This document shows positions 1 through 10,863 of a stretch of DNA of 64,000 nucleotides, piece after piece. Below the pieces are notes generated by a model. It searched no databases and had not been told where the DNA came from. It saw only the letters and a list, made by a program, of their open reading frames with translations. Both the position numbers and the translations under genes were made by a program. The stretch is from an uncultured Gammaproteobacteria bacterium (GTDB taxonomy: Bacteria > Patescibacteriota > Patescibacteriia > SBBC01 > CAIJZX01): contig CAYNGY010000003.1 in NCBI GenBank assembly GCA_964397195.1, positions 5,836 through 69,835 on the forward strand, written 5' to 3'. Numbering within the stretch: the first letter of the stretch is position 1; the number at the start of each line of letters is the position of its first letter.

Positions 1-2
1 TG

Positions 3-1226
3 ATGCCGAAGGAGGCGCTCGATTTGACGATCCGAGAGTATTTTGCGACGGCCTTCGAGGATATCAAATACTCGCTCGACAAGCTTATCGGGGACGTTTT
101 TGATATTGTGCATCTCTCGTTGCCATTGGACCGCACGGTTCGTCATCTGTCTGGCGGTCAACAGGCTCGGCTCCTGCTCGCCCATGCCTTGATTCAAAAC
201 CCTGATATTCTCTTACTTGATGAGCCGACAAATAATCTTGATCAGTACGGCATTGATCATTTAACGGGCTTTCTCATGACCTACGAGAAAACCGTCTTGG
301 TTATTTCTCACGATGCGGAGTTTTTAAATGCCTTTTCGGACGGCGTATTGTACCTCGATGTGCACACGCAAAAAGTTGAACAGTACAACGGCAACTACCA
401 TGACGTGGTAGAAGAAATTAAAGCCCGGATCGAACGTGAGAATCTCCAGAACGCCCGCATGCAACGTCAAATTCGTGATAAACGGGCGCAGGCGGAAGTC
501 TTCGCTCATAAGGGCGGGAAACTCCGTGGCGTGGCGAAACGGATGCGGACGGCCGCCGAAGAAGCCGAAGAGGGACTGGTCGATGTTCGGCGTGAAGATA
601 AGACCATCCGGAGCTTTCGCATTCCGGCGCAGGAGTTTGATCCGCACTTCAATGGGAAAGTAGCGCAAATTTCCGAAGTGACCATCGTGAAAAATCATGT
701 GGCGACGCAAAAGGCGGTTAACGTCGTTGTGCGGAAACAGACGCATCTGCTTGTGGCCGGTCCGAATGGGATTGGAAAGAGCACGCTTTTGCACGCCCTG
801 GTCAAGAATGAATCATCACACATTCATATCCCGCCCGAAGTCATTGTTGGGTATTACCAACAAGACTTTGGTAACCTCGACGGTGAACAGACAGCCTACG
901 AAGTGTTACGAACGGCGATGGTCGAAAATGACGACCACGCCTTGCGCTCGACGGCGGCGAGCTTCCTCCTCGACGGGGCCCTGTTATCGAAACAGGTTTC
1001 GGCTTTGTCCGAGGGCCAAAAAGGCCTGCTCTCGTTTTGTCGGCTGGTCTTACTGCGGCCCGGCTTACTGATTCTGGATGAGCCGACCAATCATATTAAC
1101 TTTCGTCATTTACCGGTGCTCGCGGAGGCGCTCAATGCGTACCCCGGAGCGATGATAATGGTTTCCCACATTCCGGAGTTTGTGGCACAAATTCGGATTG
1201 ATGAAGTGCTGGACTTAGCGAAATAA
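3..1226 (+). CDS. ABC-F family ATPase (translation-factor-like, 5'-truncated at window edge)
   Basis: Two ABC halves: signature LSGGQQARLLLAHAL and Walker A GPNGIGKST. No transmembrane domain, and a charged inter-domain linker. The ORF runs off the 5' edge. Confidence 0.8.
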   Translation: MPKEALDLTIREYFATAFEDIKYSLDKLIGDVFDIVHLSLPLDRTVRHLSGGQQARLLLAHALIQNPDILLLDEPTNNLDQYGIDHLTGFLMTYEKTVLVISHDAEFLNAFSDGVLYLDVHTQKVEQYNGNYHDVVEEIKARIERENLQNARMQRQIRDKRAQAEVFAHKGGKLRGVAKRMRTAAEEAEEGLVDVRREDKTIRSFRIPAQEFDPHFNGKVAQISEVTIVKNHVATQKAVNVVVRKQTHLLVAGPNGIGKSTLLHALVKNESSHIHIPPEVIVGYYQQDFGNLDGEQTAYEVLRTAMVENDDHALRSTAASFLLDGALLSKQVSALSEGQKGLLSFCRLVLLRPGLLILDEPTNHINFRHLPVLAEALNAYPGAMIMVSHIPEFVAQIRIDEVLDLAK

Positions 1227-1230
1227 TACT

Positions 1231-1917
1231 ATGTCCACTCTGCGTCTGAATAAATTCATTGCCAATTCTGGTGTCGCGTCGCGTCGGCGAGCGGACACCT
1301 TGATTGCGAGCGGGTATGTCCTCGTGAACGGCAAACCTGTCACCACCCTTGGATCGATGATCGACCCGAGCACTGATGTCGTTATGGTCGACGGAAAGAC
1401 AGTCCAGGCGGTCACGACGCTCCGGTATATTGCGGTGCATAAGCCGGTGGGCTACATTTCGACGCGGGCCACGCACGCCAAAGAAAAAACCGTCTATGAT
1501 TTGGTGCCGGCATCACGCGACTTAGTGATTGCTGGACGCCTGGATAAAGATTCTGATGGGTTAGTGTTGCTGACCAATGACGGGGAGCTCGTCAATCTGC
1601 TGACGCATCCGCGATATGGGCATCAAAAAGAATATGAAATCGTCACGACGCGTCCGTTTTCGGTTGAAGATATACGTCAGTTGATGTCAGGCGTGATGCT
1701 CGATGAAGGCAAGGCACGATTTGATACCTTGATTTCCGTTGCGGCGAATCAGTACCGGGTCACTATGCACCAAGGCTGGAAACGACAGATTCGACGGATG
1801 ACGGCGGCGGTTCACGCCCACATCGAGCGACTGACCCGGGTGCGGATTAACTCCTTGGGGCTGGGGAATCTGCCACCCGGTGGATGGCGGGAAGTACAGA
1901 AGTCGGATATTGTGTAG
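1231..1917 (+). CDS. S4-domain pseudouridine synthase (RsuA/RluB family)
   Basis: N-terminal S4 domain (LNKFIANSGVASRRRAD). RsuA/RluB catalytic motif GRLDKDSDGLVLLTNDG. Confidence 0.8.
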   Translation: MSTLRLNKFIANSGVASRRRADTLIASGYVLVNGKPVTTLGSMIDPSTDVVMVDGKTVQAVTTLRYIAVHKPVGYISTRATHAKEKTVYDLVPASRDLVIAGRLDKDSDGLVLLTNDGELVNLLTHPRYGHQKEYEIVTTRPFSVEDIRQLMSGVMLDEGKARFDTLISVAANQYRVTMHQGWKRQIRRMTAAVHAHIERLTRVRINSLGLGNLPPGGWREVQKSDIV

Positions 1918-1919
1918 GT

Positions 1920-3185
1920 ATGTATGACGTCATTGTTATTGGCGGTGGTCCGGCGGGGATGATGGCGGCCGGGCGAGCGGCAGAGCGAGGACGTCGTGTT
2001 TTGCTACTCGAAAAAAATCACCACCTGGGCATGAAACTGTCGATCACCGGTGGGGGACGATGTAATATTTGCAATGCCGAGGAAGATGTTCATCGACTCT
2101 TGTCGCACTACGGTGAGGAATCGAAGTTTCTTTACTCGTCGTTTTCTCAGTTCGGTATGACAGATACAATGCGTTTTTTCACCTCGCGTGGGATGCCAAT
2201 AAAAGTTGAAGCACATCAGCGTGCATTTCCGGAGACGGAAAATGCCGAGGACGTGGTTAAGCTCCTTGAGCAATATCTCGCTGACGGCGGCGTGACGGTG
2301 CGGACGGGCACGGCGGTCAATGGCTGGGCGCATGATCAACAGAAAATAACCGGCGTCCGGATTGGTGACGAGGTGTTGACGGCTGAGGCGTATATTCTGG
2401 CGACTGGCGGTACGTCGCATCCGGAGACTGGATCAACGGGCGATGGTTTTCGCTGGTTGTCAGAACTAGGTCATACCGTCACACCACCATCACCAACGGT
2501 GGTCCCGCTGGCGGTGGCAGATGCGTGGGTAAAATCGCTGGCCGGGGTGACGATGGCCGACGTCAAAATTACGTTTTACGTTGATCAAAAAAAGCGCCTC
2601 GCCAAGTCCGGACGAATTCTCTGTACCCATTTCGGCCTGTCCGGGCCCCTGATCTTGAATAGTGCGGCCCAGGTTTCGGACTTTCTCCATGATGGGACCG
2701 TGACGGCGACGATCGATACCTATCCATCCATGGATCTCGGTACGCTTGATGCACATATTGTCCGCACGTTCGAGGACAATAAGAATCGCGATCTAAAAAA
2801 CGTGATGAAAGTTCTGGCGCCGACTGGAACTGCGGCGGCGGTGCTGACGCTCTGTCCCGACATACCGGCGGCGACCAAAGTGCACAGCATCACCAAAGAT
2901 CAGCGCAAAGCATTGGGGCGACTCCTCAAAGAATTACCCATGACTATTCTGGGCTTGATGGGCGAAGATCGGGCGGTGGTGACGGATGGCGGCATCGTCA
3001 CGCGTGAGGTGGATGGAAAAACCATGCAGTCGAGACTGTTTTCAAATCTGTATGTGACCGGCGACGTCATACACATTCGGCGTCCCTCCGGCGGATACTC
3101 CCTCCAGCTCTGCTGGACAACGGGCTGGGTGGCGGGGAGTCATGTCTCGACGGCGTCCGACGACGGCCGGCATCCTCGACAATAA
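1920..3185 (+). CDS. HI0933-like NAD(P)/FAD-binding flavoprotein
   Basis: GxGxxG dinucleotide fold MYDVIVIGGGPAGMMAAGRAAERG, then LSITGGGRCN typical of the HI0933 family. Start placed at the in-frame ATG at 1920. Confidence 0.75.
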   Translation: MYDVIVIGGGPAGMMAAGRAAERGRRVLLLEKNHHLGMKLSITGGGRCNICNAEEDVHRLLSHYGEESKFLYSSFSQFGMTDTMRFFTSRGMPIKVEAHQRAFPETENAEDVVKLLEQYLADGGVTVRTGTAVNGWAHDQQKITGVRIGDEVLTAEAYILATGGTSHPETGSTGDGFRWLSELGHTVTPPSPTVVPLAVADAWVKSLAGVTMADVKITFYVDQKKRLAKSGRILCTHFGLSGPLILNSAAQVSDFLHDGTVTATIDTYPSMDLGTLDAHIVRTFEDNKNRDLKNVMKVLAPTGTAAAVLTLCPDIPAATKVHSITKDQRKALGRLLKELPMTILGLMGEDRAVVTDGGIVTREVDGKTMQSRLFSNLYVTGDVIHIRRPSGGYSLQLCWTTGWVAGSHVSTASDDGRHPRQ

Positions 3186-3210
3186 ACAGCGTATAGCCTA
3201 GACTGCACCC

Positions 3211-3432
3211 ATGCGATGGTTTACCCCGTGGGGATGGATGTACCGTCCGGTCTCGGTGGCCGGGGTGGTCGTGACGGTCTTGGCGGCGTTGTTTTGCCTG
3301 AATGTCTTTTTGGCCATTGATCGGTCATCACACTCGAATAGCGATACGCTCTACGGGATTTTTCCGTTTTGGGTGGGCACGATCGGTATCTGGCTCTGGG
3401 TGGCGTCAAAAACGAGTCGGACGGACCGATAG
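3211..3432 (+). CDS. small hypothetical membrane protein
   Basis: 73-aa ORF with two predicted hydrophobic helices. No recognisable family. Confidence 0.3.
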   Translation: MRWFTPWGWMYRPVSVAGVVVTVLAALFCLNVFLAIDRSSHSNSDTLYGIFPFWVGTIGIWLWVASKTSRTDR

Positions 3433-3435
3433 GGC

Positions 3436-3486
3436 GTCAATTTGACGACGGCGGTGAATGTGATATATTCGATATATCGAATATAT
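3436..3486 (+). promoter_or_regulatory. sigma70-like promoter plus 24-bp perfect palindromic operator upstream of the ArsR-YHS gene
   Basis: Inverted repeat CGTCAA-T-TTGACG containing a -35-like TTGACG (3442-3447). A 16-nt spacer leads to the extended -10 TGaTATATT (3461-3469). The perfect palindrome ATATATTCGATA|TATCGAATATAT (3463-3486) overlaps the -10 and the start codon. Confidence 0.6.
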
Positions 3487-3937
3487 GAAATCCAACCGCA
3501 CCCAGACAGCCGCCGCGATGTTTCAAGCCCTCGGGAACCCGAAACGGGTCGAGTTCGTGCGATTATTGGCGAAACGCCCGTTGACCGCGACTGAGCTGCA
3601 GTCGATGGTTGAGCTCCCACAGGCAAATGTTAGTCAGCATCTACGGATTCTCAAGGAGGCGCGGGTGATTGTGGCCGTTCGGGTTGGCACGTCGATACAG
3701 TATCATCTCTCACACCCGAATATTGCCCACCTGGTGCGTTTGGTTGCGGAAACGATGCTGCCGCACCGACCCCATCGTGGAGAACGGCATCGGGCGGATG
3801 TTCAAGATATTGTTTGTGGAATGTGGGTCGAGCCGACGAGCGCCGCGGCCCAGGTCATCTACAAAGGCGGAACATATTATTTTTGTGCGTCGGGTTGCCA
3901 TCGACAATTCATCAAAGCACCTCGACGGTATGTCTGA
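3485..3937 (+). CDS. ArsR/SmtB-family metalloregulator fused to a C-terminal YHS/TRASH metal-binding domain
   Basis: wHTH region [27 protein letters not shown]-terminal motif CGMWV...[15 protein letters not shown] (the YHS/TRASH Cys signature). It overlaps the copA start by 8 nt. Confidence 0.8.
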   Translation: MKSNRTQTAAAMFQALGNPKRVEFVRLLAKRPLTATELQSMVELPQANVSQHLRILKEARVIVAVRVGTSIQYHLSHPNIAHLVRLVAETMLPHRPHRGERHRADVQDIVCGMWVEPTSAAAQVIYKGGTYYFCASGCHRQFIKAPRRYV

Positions 3938-6122
3938 GCGGACAGCTGAATTTCGGATTGTCGATTTGCGGTGTGCGTCGTGTGCGGCTCTTAACGAACG
4001 CAGTCTCAAGAAGATAGCGGGCGTGACTGCGGCGACGGTGAACTACGCGACCGGGCAGGTGGCGGTGACGTTTGATGATCGCCAGGCCGCGCCAGACCAC
4101 TTTCATCGCACTGTTCAGAAAAACGGCTATCATATCCGTTCCGCCTCGTCGGGGGATGCGCATCTAGGGCATGATCATGGTGTCGAGCCGATGACGATCG
4201 TTAAAAAAAGGGCTTTGATGGCGTTGTGTTTGGCCTTGCCGGTGCTGGTCTTGGCCATGGTGCCGGGTGTAACCGTTGGATGGCAGGCTATTGGCAACTG
4301 GGTGCAGGGAACGGTAGCTTCGATCGTCATTTTGATAATCGGTCGCGGATTCCACCGGGGCATGGTTCGAGAGATTCAGAATCTCGCGCCGGGCATGGAT
4401 ACACTCGTGTCCTTTGGGACGCTCGTGGCGCTGGGGTGGAGTTGGTGGGCGCTGTTTTCGGGCGCGGCGATGTATTTTGAAACCGGGGCGATTATTACCG
4501 CTTTCATTTTGCTGGGACGGTGGCTCGAAGCGAAAAGCCGCGGCCAGGCTGGCGCGGCCATCGAAAAACTCATGCAACTGGGCGCAAAGGTTGCGCATCA
4601 TCTGGATCATGGTGCTGGACATGATATTCCGGTTGAACAAGTCGTCGTGGGGATGAGGCTCCTCGTTAAGCCCGGCGAGAAGATTCCGGTCGACGGACGT
4701 ATTTACCACGGCGAAGCGGGGATTGATGAGTCGATGTTAACCGGAGAAAGTTTACCGGTGACCAAGCGGGTCGGAGACTCGGTTTTTGCGGCTACGGCTG
4801 TGACCAATAGCGCGATTCAAATCGAAGCGACGAGTGTGGGGGCGGATACGATGCTGGCCCAGATTGTGAAAATGGTTGCGGAGGCGCAATTGCACAAAGC
4901 CCCGATTCAGAAACTCGCTGACCGAGTATCCGGTTTTTTTGTCCCGATCGTGCTCGGTATAAGTGCAGTCAGTTTGGTGGGGTGGGTCGTGAGCGGTCAT
5001 GATCTAGCGAGTAGTGTCGGTGCAGCGGTGGCAGTCTTAGTGATTGCCTGTCCGTGCGCGTTGGGGCTGGCGACACCAACGGCGATGATGGTGGGAACCG
5101 GGCTGGGGGCGAAACGAGGGATTTTGATTAAGAACGGCGAATCGCTTGAGCGCGCAAAAGATATAGATGTCGTAGTCTTTGATAAAACGGGGACGCTGAC
5201 AGTTGGTCGGCCGCGGGTGACCGATATCGTGCCGGCGGATGGAGTGTCGTTGACGGAGCTTCTCCGTCTCGCAGCCAGTTTGGAAGCACTCTCAATGCAT
5301 CCATTAGCCATGGCGATTCTGCAGGCGGCGGCTGATCACCAGATTGCGCCGGAGGCGGTTGATGGCTTCTCCTCAATCTCGGGTCAAGGCGTCCGCGGAC
5401 GTATTGCGGGGAAGCTGGTGGTACTAGGGAGCCCGGCCTTTATCGCCCAGCAGGGCGTTCAATTATCCGCCGTTCAGGGCGATCTTGATCGCCTCCATGC
5501 TCAGGCAAAAACGACGGTGGTGGTGGCGCGTGAGTCGTTGGTCATGGGTATATGTGCCATCGCCGATACGATTAAACCAGATGCGCGCCAGGCCGTGACG
5601 CAGTTGATGCGATCGGGTGTCGAGGTGGTGATGTTGACCGGAGACAATCAAGCCACGGCGACCGCGATTGCTCAGGCGGTCGGAATCTCAACGGTTATCG
5701 CCCAAGTGTTGCCGGAGGCGAAGGCGGCGGAGATTATGAAATTTCAGCAAGCTGGGAAGCGCGTGGTCTTCGTCGGGGACGGAATAAATGATGCGCCGGC
5801 GCTGACGCAAGCGGATTTGGGGATTGCCATGGGAACTGGGACGGATGTGGCAATCGAAGCCGGCAATATCGTCCTCGTGCAAGGGAGCCCGCTCAAGGTT
5901 GTGGAAGCGTTGGGGTTAGCGCGCCGAACATTTCAGATTATTCGTCAAAATCTTTTTTGGGCGTTTGTCTACAATATGGTGGCGGTGCCGGTCGCGGCGT
6001 TCGGTCTACTGAATCCGGCCATCGCCGCGGCGGCCATGGCCTTATCGAGCATCAGTGTCGTGGCCAACAGTCTGCGGATTGCTCGTGCTCGCCGATTGAC
6101 AACCGTTCCGATCGTACCCTAA
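3930..6122 (+). CDS. copA: copper-translocating P1B-type ATPase
   Basis: N-terminal HMA domain with CASCA. Transmembrane CPC motif ([13 protein letters not shown]). Phosphorylation site DKTGTLT, and [10 protein letters not shown]. The start is assigned to the ATG at 3930, just upstream of the HMA domain; the track ORF starts earlier inside arsR. Confidence 0.9.
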   Translation: MSERTAEFRIVDLRCASCAALNERSLKKIAGVTAATVNYATGQVAVTFDDRQAAPDHFHRTVQKNGYHIRSASSGDAHLGHDHGVEPMTIVKKRALMALCLALPVLVLAMVPGVTVGWQAIGNWVQGTVASIVILIIGRGFHRGMVREIQNLAPGMDTLVSFGTLVALGWSWWALFSGAAMYFETGAIITAFILLGRWLEAKSRGQAGAAIEKLMQLGAKVAHHLDHGAGHDIPVEQVVVGMRLLVKPGEKIPVDGRIYHGEAGIDESMLTGESLPVTKRVGDSVFAATAVTNSAIQIEATSVGADTMLAQIVKMVAEAQLHKAPIQKLADRVSGFFVPIVLGISAVSLVGWVVSGHDLASSVGAAVAVLVIACPCALGLATPTAMMVGTGLGAKRGILIKNGESLERAKDIDVVVFDKTGTLTVGRPRVTDIVPADGVSLTELLRLAASLEALSMHPLAMAILQAAADHQIAPEAVDGFSSISGQGVRGRIAGKLVVLGSPAFIAQQGVQLSAVQGDLDRLHAQAKTTVVVARESLVMGICAIADTIKPDARQAVTQLMRSGVEVVMLTGDNQATATAIAQAVGISTVIAQVLPEAKAAEIMKFQQAGKRVVFVGDGINDAPALTQADLGIAMGTGTDVAIEAGNIVLVQGSPLKVVEALGLARRTFQIIRQNLFWAFVYNMVAVPVAAFGLLNPAIAAAAMALSSISVVANSLRIARARRLTTVPIVP

Positions 6123-6149
6123 GATTACGTTTACTCATTCCTGATTTTT

Positions 6150-6908
6150 ATGCCAACCATCGTCTTTGCGGTTATTGCTAGTACTCTCTCGAGCCTGTTA
6201 GGGTTGCTCGGCGGATTTGGTTTATTAGCCGGATCGTCGTGGGTACAGAAATACTCAAAATACTTCGTGAGCTTTGCGGCTGGTGCGATGCTCTCGGCCG
6301 CCTTTTTCGATCTCCTGACGGACGCGATTGACCGATCCCCAGCTTCAATCGGTACCATTTTTGCCTGGACCCTGGCCGGGTTTATGGTGTTCTTCTTAAT
6401 TGAAAAGTTTTTGCTCTGGCACCACCATACCCACACGCACGCCGATGGCGAAGACACACCGCAACTCGCCAAACTTATTATTATTGGTGATGCGGTGCAC
6501 AACGCGATTGACGGGATGGTCATCGCCGCTGCATTTGTCACGAGCCCAGCATTGGGGATTGCGACGGCAACGGCTGTGTTCTTTCACGAAATCCCGCAAG
6601 AACTCGGTGACTTCTCGATCATGATTCACTCGGGCATGAAACGATCGCGCGTGGCGCTGTGGAATATTTTAGGAGCGTTGGTCAGTCCGGTGGCGACGGT
6701 GATTGCCTTTACCTATGTCAATCACAGTCAAACATTGATTACACCGTTGTTGGGCTTGGCGGCCGGGTCGTTCCTATACATCGCCTCGGCGGACTTGGTG
6801 CCGCAGATTCATCGGGAACGAAAACTGAGCTCGACTATCGGTCAGCTGACGCTCTTAGTTTTGGGGATGCTCGCCATTGTGGCGGTGGGCGCGATGTTTG
6901 CGGAATAA
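6150..6908 (+). CDS. zupT: ZIP-family divalent metal transporter (ZupT-like)
   Basis: His-rich loop HHHTHTHADGED. ZIP signature HNAIDGMVIAAAF and HEIPQELGDFSIM. Confidence 0.85.
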   Translation: MPTIVFAVIASTLSSLLGLLGGFGLLAGSSWVQKYSKYFVSFAAGAMLSAAFFDLLTDAIDRSPASIGTIFAWTLAGFMVFFLIEKFLLWHHHTHTHADGEDTPQLAKLIIIGDAVHNAIDGMVIAAAFVTSPALGIATATAVFFHEIPQELGDFSIMIHSGMKRSRVALWNILGALVSPVATVIAFTYVNHSQTLITPLLGLAAGSFLYIASADLVPQIHRERKLSSTIGQLTLLVLGMLAIVAVGAMFAE

Positions 6909-7948
6909 TGCCGTCGATTCGCATCGATCATCAGCCGGCCGGCTATCGCTATTCGTTTCCGCCGTCGGCCGTGGCGCTCACGCCGACGCGTCCACGCGAT
7001 CGAGCGAAGTTGTTGGTGCTCCGACGCGACGGGAACATCGCGGGTGAAACGACGTTTCAACATTTGGACAAGGTTTTGCCGCCTCGAGCGGTCATTGTCT
7101 TTAATCAGACGAAAGTTATTCCGGCCCGGTTTCGGGTGCTGAAGCCAACCGGCGGTCGGGTGGAACTCCTGTGTCTGACGTTTGGCGCAAAAACCTTTAC
7201 GGCGTTAGCCGATCGACGACTGGATGTCGGTACCGTGCTTACGCTGGCACCAAAACGGGTCATAACGGTGATAGCGCGAACGGGCCGGGTGTATACACTA
7301 CGACCCTCGATGACCATGGCGACCGTACGGCGTCTCGTTCAGAAAAATGGGACGACGCCGCTGCCGCCATATCTGCGGCATTCGCCGCTGACGGAATCTG
7401 AGCGACGACGCTGGTACCAGGCGGTCTTTGCCACAGATGAAGGTTCAGTCGCCGCTCCGACGGCGTCGCTCCACTTTACGCCCCGGCTGATACGCCGGCT
7501 GACGAAGCGCGGCGTCGACGTAGAATATCTCACGTTGCACGTCGGCTTGGGGACGTTCGCGCCACTGACGGTCGAGCACCTTCACCACGGGCGGTTGCAT
7601 CACGAGCCCTACATGATTTCCACCCGGACGGCGGCCCGACTGAATCGTCTGAAAAAATCTGGACGTCCGATTATTGCGGTCGGGACGACTGTGGCGCGAG
7701 CGCTCGAATCAGCGACGGCGTCGGGTGTGGTGCGTCCAGGGTCATCGTCGACCGATCTGTTTATTCGACCTGGGTACCGCTGGAAATTTGTCGACGGGTT
7801 GATTACGAATTTTCATGTACCGGAGTCGAGCCTGCTCATGCTTGTGGCCGCATTGGTTGGACGGAAGAATATTTTGGCTGCATATGAACGGGCGATTGGG
7901 CACGGCTTCAAACTCTTCTCGTTTGGCGATGGAATGTTCATCAGTTGA
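6908..7948 (+). CDS. queA: S-adenosylmethionine:tRNA ribosyltransferase-isomerase
   Basis: QueA motifs LPPYL, HFTPRL and LTLHVGLGTF. The start ATG overlaps the ZIP stop (TAATG). Confidence 0.85.
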   Translation: MPSIRIDHQPAGYRYSFPPSAVALTPTRPRDRAKLLVLRRDGNIAGETTFQHLDKVLPPRAVIVFNQTKVIPARFRVLKPTGGRVELLCLTFGAKTFTALADRRLDVGTVLTLAPKRVITVIARTGRVYTLRPSMTMATVRRLVQKNGTTPLPPYLRHSPLTESERRRWYQAVFATDEGSVAAPTASLHFTPRLIRRLTKRGVDVEYLTLHVGLGTFAPLTVEHLHHGRLHHEPYMISTRTAARLNRLKKSGRPIIAVGTTVARALESATASGVVRPGSSSTDLFIRPGYRWKFVDGLITNFHVPESSLLMLVAALVGRKNILAAYERAIGHGFKLFSFGDGMFIS

Positions 7949-7979
7949 GGTCGGACGCAGAAAAGCGTAGAATGCCCGT

Positions 7980-9824
7980 ATGGTCGCAAAACAAACACAT
8001 CCACATCCAGAACTTCCTGAGCTGGCCCGATTGTTACGGTCATGGTTGATTCGGATGACAACGACAGCGGGCTCAGATCATCTCTCGTCATCACTCTCTG
8101 CGGTTGAGGTGATGGTTGGTTTGCTGTTTGGTGGGGCATTCCGGGCGGATGTGAAACGGCCAGGGTATGCGAATAATGATCGACTGCTTTTTTCGAAGGG
8201 CCATGCCGCGCCGCTCCTGTATTCACTCTACGCCCTAGCCGGAATGGTTCGCCCACGCGATCTCCTGGGATTACGGACGATGGCTTCGAAACTTGAGGGT
8301 CATCCCACGATTCGCTTCCCGTACACCGAGGTGCCGACCGGTAGTCTCGGTCAGGGGCTCTCTGTGGCTCTAGGTGAGGCGATAGCCGCCGGGATGGGTA
8401 AACTGACGTATCGCACCTACTGCCTGCTGGGAGACTCGGAAATGGCCGAGGGGAGCGTTTGGGAGGCCATCCAGCTGGCTGGGTATCGCCACCAGGCGGG
8501 CCTTGTCGCGATCGTTGATGTGAATGGTTTGGGACAGGCCGGGCCGACCATGGCCGGTCATAATCCGCTGGTGCTGGCCCGTCGAGCCCAAGCCTTCGGA
8601 TGGCGGACGATCGTCATTGATGGTCACAACTTCCGAGACATTCTTCACGCGCTGGCCCATGCCGAAACCATTACAGACCATCCGGTCATGATTCTTGCCA
8701 AGACGCAGAAGGGTCGTGGCGTGGCGGTGATGGAGGGAAAAGACGGGTGGCATGGTCGGGTTCTGACAAAACCTCAAGCGCATGACGCCTTGCAGCATCT
8801 TGGGCGCGTTGATGAAAAGCTCCGCGGTCGGATGTCGGTTCCAGATCGTCGTCAACCAAAACGGGGAGCAAAAAGATCACTCCCGGTGTTTTCCTACAAA
8901 CTCGGCGATGTCATTTCGCCGCGTGAGGCGGCTGGTCATGCGCTCGTTCGGATCGGAACGGCTCGGCCCGAAGTAGTCGTCTTTGATGGCGAGGTGATGA
9001 ATTCGACGGACACCGACCGTTTTGCAAAAAAATGGCCACGTCGATTTATCCAAGGGTATATTGCCGAGCAAAACATCGTCGGAATGGCCCTCGGTGTTGG
9101 GAAACGCGGGTATGTCCCAGTGGCGGCGACGTTCGGTGCGTTTTGGACGCGGGCGTTTGATCAGCTTCGGATGGCAAGTTACGCGAGCGTCCCAATGGTC
9201 ATCATCGGCACACATGCCGGTGTCCATATCGGTCAGGACGGGATGTCGCAGATGGCACTACAAGATATTGCTATGTTCCGGACCCTTGAACACTCGACCA
9301 TTTTCTATCCGGCCGACGCGGTCGCGGCGGAAAAATGTTTGGAGGTCGCTGTCCGCCATGACGCAGTGACATATCTGCGTCTGACGCGGGCGAAATTTCC
9401 AGTCATATATCCATCACCAACGCGATTCACGGTCGGTGGTAGTCATGTTCTGCGACAGAGCGATCATGATACGGCGACGGTCGTGGCGGCGGGCGTGACA
9501 CTGTACGAGGCATTGAAAGCGGCGGATATTCTGGCCAAGAAAAAGATCTCCGTTCGCGTCATCGATCTGTATAGTCTCAAGCCCATTGACGCGGCGACAC
9601 TCAAACGCGCCGTCCGCGAGACGAAGCGGATTATCGTCGTCGAAGATCATTACCCAGAAGGAGGTATGGCCGAAGCGGTACGCACGGCGCTGGGAACAGA
9701 TGCGGGATGCGTGGTGTCCTTAGCGGTGCGCAAAACGCCGCGGAGCGGGACGCCGGAAGAACTGCTGGCGTATGAAGGGATTGATGCGGCGGGGATTGTG
9801 CGGGAAGTGATGAGAAAAATATGA
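7980..9824 (+). CDS. tkt: transketolase (single-chain, short form)
   Basis: N-terminal TPP-binding region GHAAPLLYSLYALAG plus GDSEMAEGSVWEA. Central Pyr domain QNIVGMALG. C-terminal domain present. Confidence 0.85.
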   Translation: MVAKQTHPHPELPELARLLRSWLIRMTTTAGSDHLSSSLSAVEVMVGLLFGGAFRADVKRPGYANNDRLLFSKGHAAPLLYSLYALAGMVRPRDLLGLRTMASKLEGHPTIRFPYTEVPTGSLGQGLSVALGEAIAAGMGKLTYRTYCLLGDSEMAEGSVWEAIQLAGYRHQAGLVAIVDVNGLGQAGPTMAGHNPLVLARRAQAFGWRTIVIDGHNFRDILHALAHAETITDHPVMILAKTQKGRGVAVMEGKDGWHGRVLTKPQAHDALQHLGRVDEKLRGRMSVPDRRQPKRGAKRSLPVFSYKLGDVISPREAAGHALVRIGTARPEVVVFDGEVMNSTDTDRFAKKWPRRFIQGYIAEQNIVGMALGVGKRGYVPVAATFGAFWTRAFDQLRMASYASVPMVIIGTHAGVHIGQDGMSQMALQDIAMFRTLEHSTIFYPADAVAAEKCLEVAVRHDAVTYLRLTRAKFPVIYPSPTRFTVGGSHVLRQSDHDTATVVAAGVTLYEALKAADILAKKKISVRVIDLYSLKPIDAATLKRAVRETKRIIVVEDHYPEGGMAEAVRTALGTDAGCVVSLAVRKTPRSGTPEELLAYEGIDAAGIVREVMRKI

Positions 9825-10621
9825 CGTTTCTCTTGATTGATATCGGGGCAACAAAGATGCGGTTCGGTTGGTCAAATGGCCATCGCATTGTGCGTCGTGC
9901 CGTGGTGGCCACGCCGACGAGGTGGTTAGATGCGTACCAGGAGATTCGACAGCGTGTAAACGGTGTACGGCCTGGGCGAGTTATTATTGGTGTCCCAGGC
10001 ATGGTCGATGCGAAAAATTGTATTTTGAGTGTATCGAATCTGCCCGAATGGCCAGCGACAATCGTCACTCGTGACCTCAAGAAACTTTTTGGGAAAAATC
10101 TTCACATCGAGAATGACGCGGTCTTGAATGCTCTCGGTGAGGCGACCGACGGCGCTGGTGTTGGGCACGACATTGTCGGCTTTTTAACAATGAGTACGGG
10201 CGTGAATGGCATGAGGATTATTAATGGTCAACCTGACCGTCATGCATTTCCAATCGAATTAGGTTATTTGTTGGTGCACGACGGAAAAAGTATGACTACA
10301 CTCGGTCGGGCCGTCTCCGGCCAGGCGCTTCAGGATCGATACGGTCGGCCCGCGGCTCAGCTCCGTACACCGCGTATTTGGCGCGACGTCGAACGAATAC
10401 TGGCCCAGGCGATAGTGAATTTGTCGTTGACGTGGGCCCCTGATGTCTTTATCGTTGGTGGTTCGATTACGAAGTCACTCTCGGTCGTGGCGATACAACG
10501 TGAGGTGAAGCGACTCTGGCATCATCATGTCCCAGTTCCCAAAATTCGGTTCGGGCGACTTGGTGATCTGAGTGGGATCTACGGCGCACTTACCCTGGCC
10601 AAACAAAAACCCCAACCTTAG
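9821..10621 (+). CDS. ROK-family sugar kinase (putative glucokinase)
   Basis: Actin-fold N-terminus LLIDIGATKMRFG. ROK-like central region. ATGA overlap with tkt. Confidence 0.6.
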   Translation: MTFLLIDIGATKMRFGWSNGHRIVRRAVVATPTRWLDAYQEIRQRVNGVRPGRVIIGVPGMVDAKNCILSVSNLPEWPATIVTRDLKKLFGKNLHIENDAVLNALGEATDGAGVGHDIVGFLTMSTGVNGMRIINGQPDRHAFPIELGYLLVHDGKSMTTLGRAVSGQALQDRYGRPAAQLRTPRIWRDVERILAQAIVNLSLTWAPDVFIVGGSITKSLSVVAIQREVKRLWHHHVPVPKIRFGRLGDLSGIYGALTLAKQKPQP

Positions 10622-10787
10622 CGGAAAAACGGGATAATTCAGTAAAAATTCAGTTTATGTTGTTATGATAGATGGTTGGCCCGGATGCCTTGATTCCCGG
10701 CGCGGTTCATGATACGGTAATGCGGCTTTACGGTCGGATGGGCGTTCGAGCCCCGTCTGAATCAAGTAGAATTCGCCCTCACTTGGG

Positions 10788-10863
10788 CGGGGTGTGGCGC
10801 AGTTGGTAGCGCGCATCGTTCGGGACGATGAGGCCGCAGGTTCGAGTCCTGTCACCCCGACCA
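10788..10863 (+). tRNA. tRNA-Pro (anticodon CGG), CCA encoded
   Basis: Cloverleaf: acceptor CGGGGTG/CACCCCG, anticodon loop TTCGGGA, T-arm GGTTCGAGTCC, 3' ACCA. It is flanked by the 9-bp inverted repeat CTCACTTGG / CCAAGTGAG. Confidence 0.9.

Noticed and set aside
3669-3929. 5' extension of the copA ORF back into the arsR gene (track start 3669)
   Set aside because: The extension is out of frame with arsR and precedes the HMA domain. The in-frame ATG at 3930 with 8-nt overlap is the parsimonious start.
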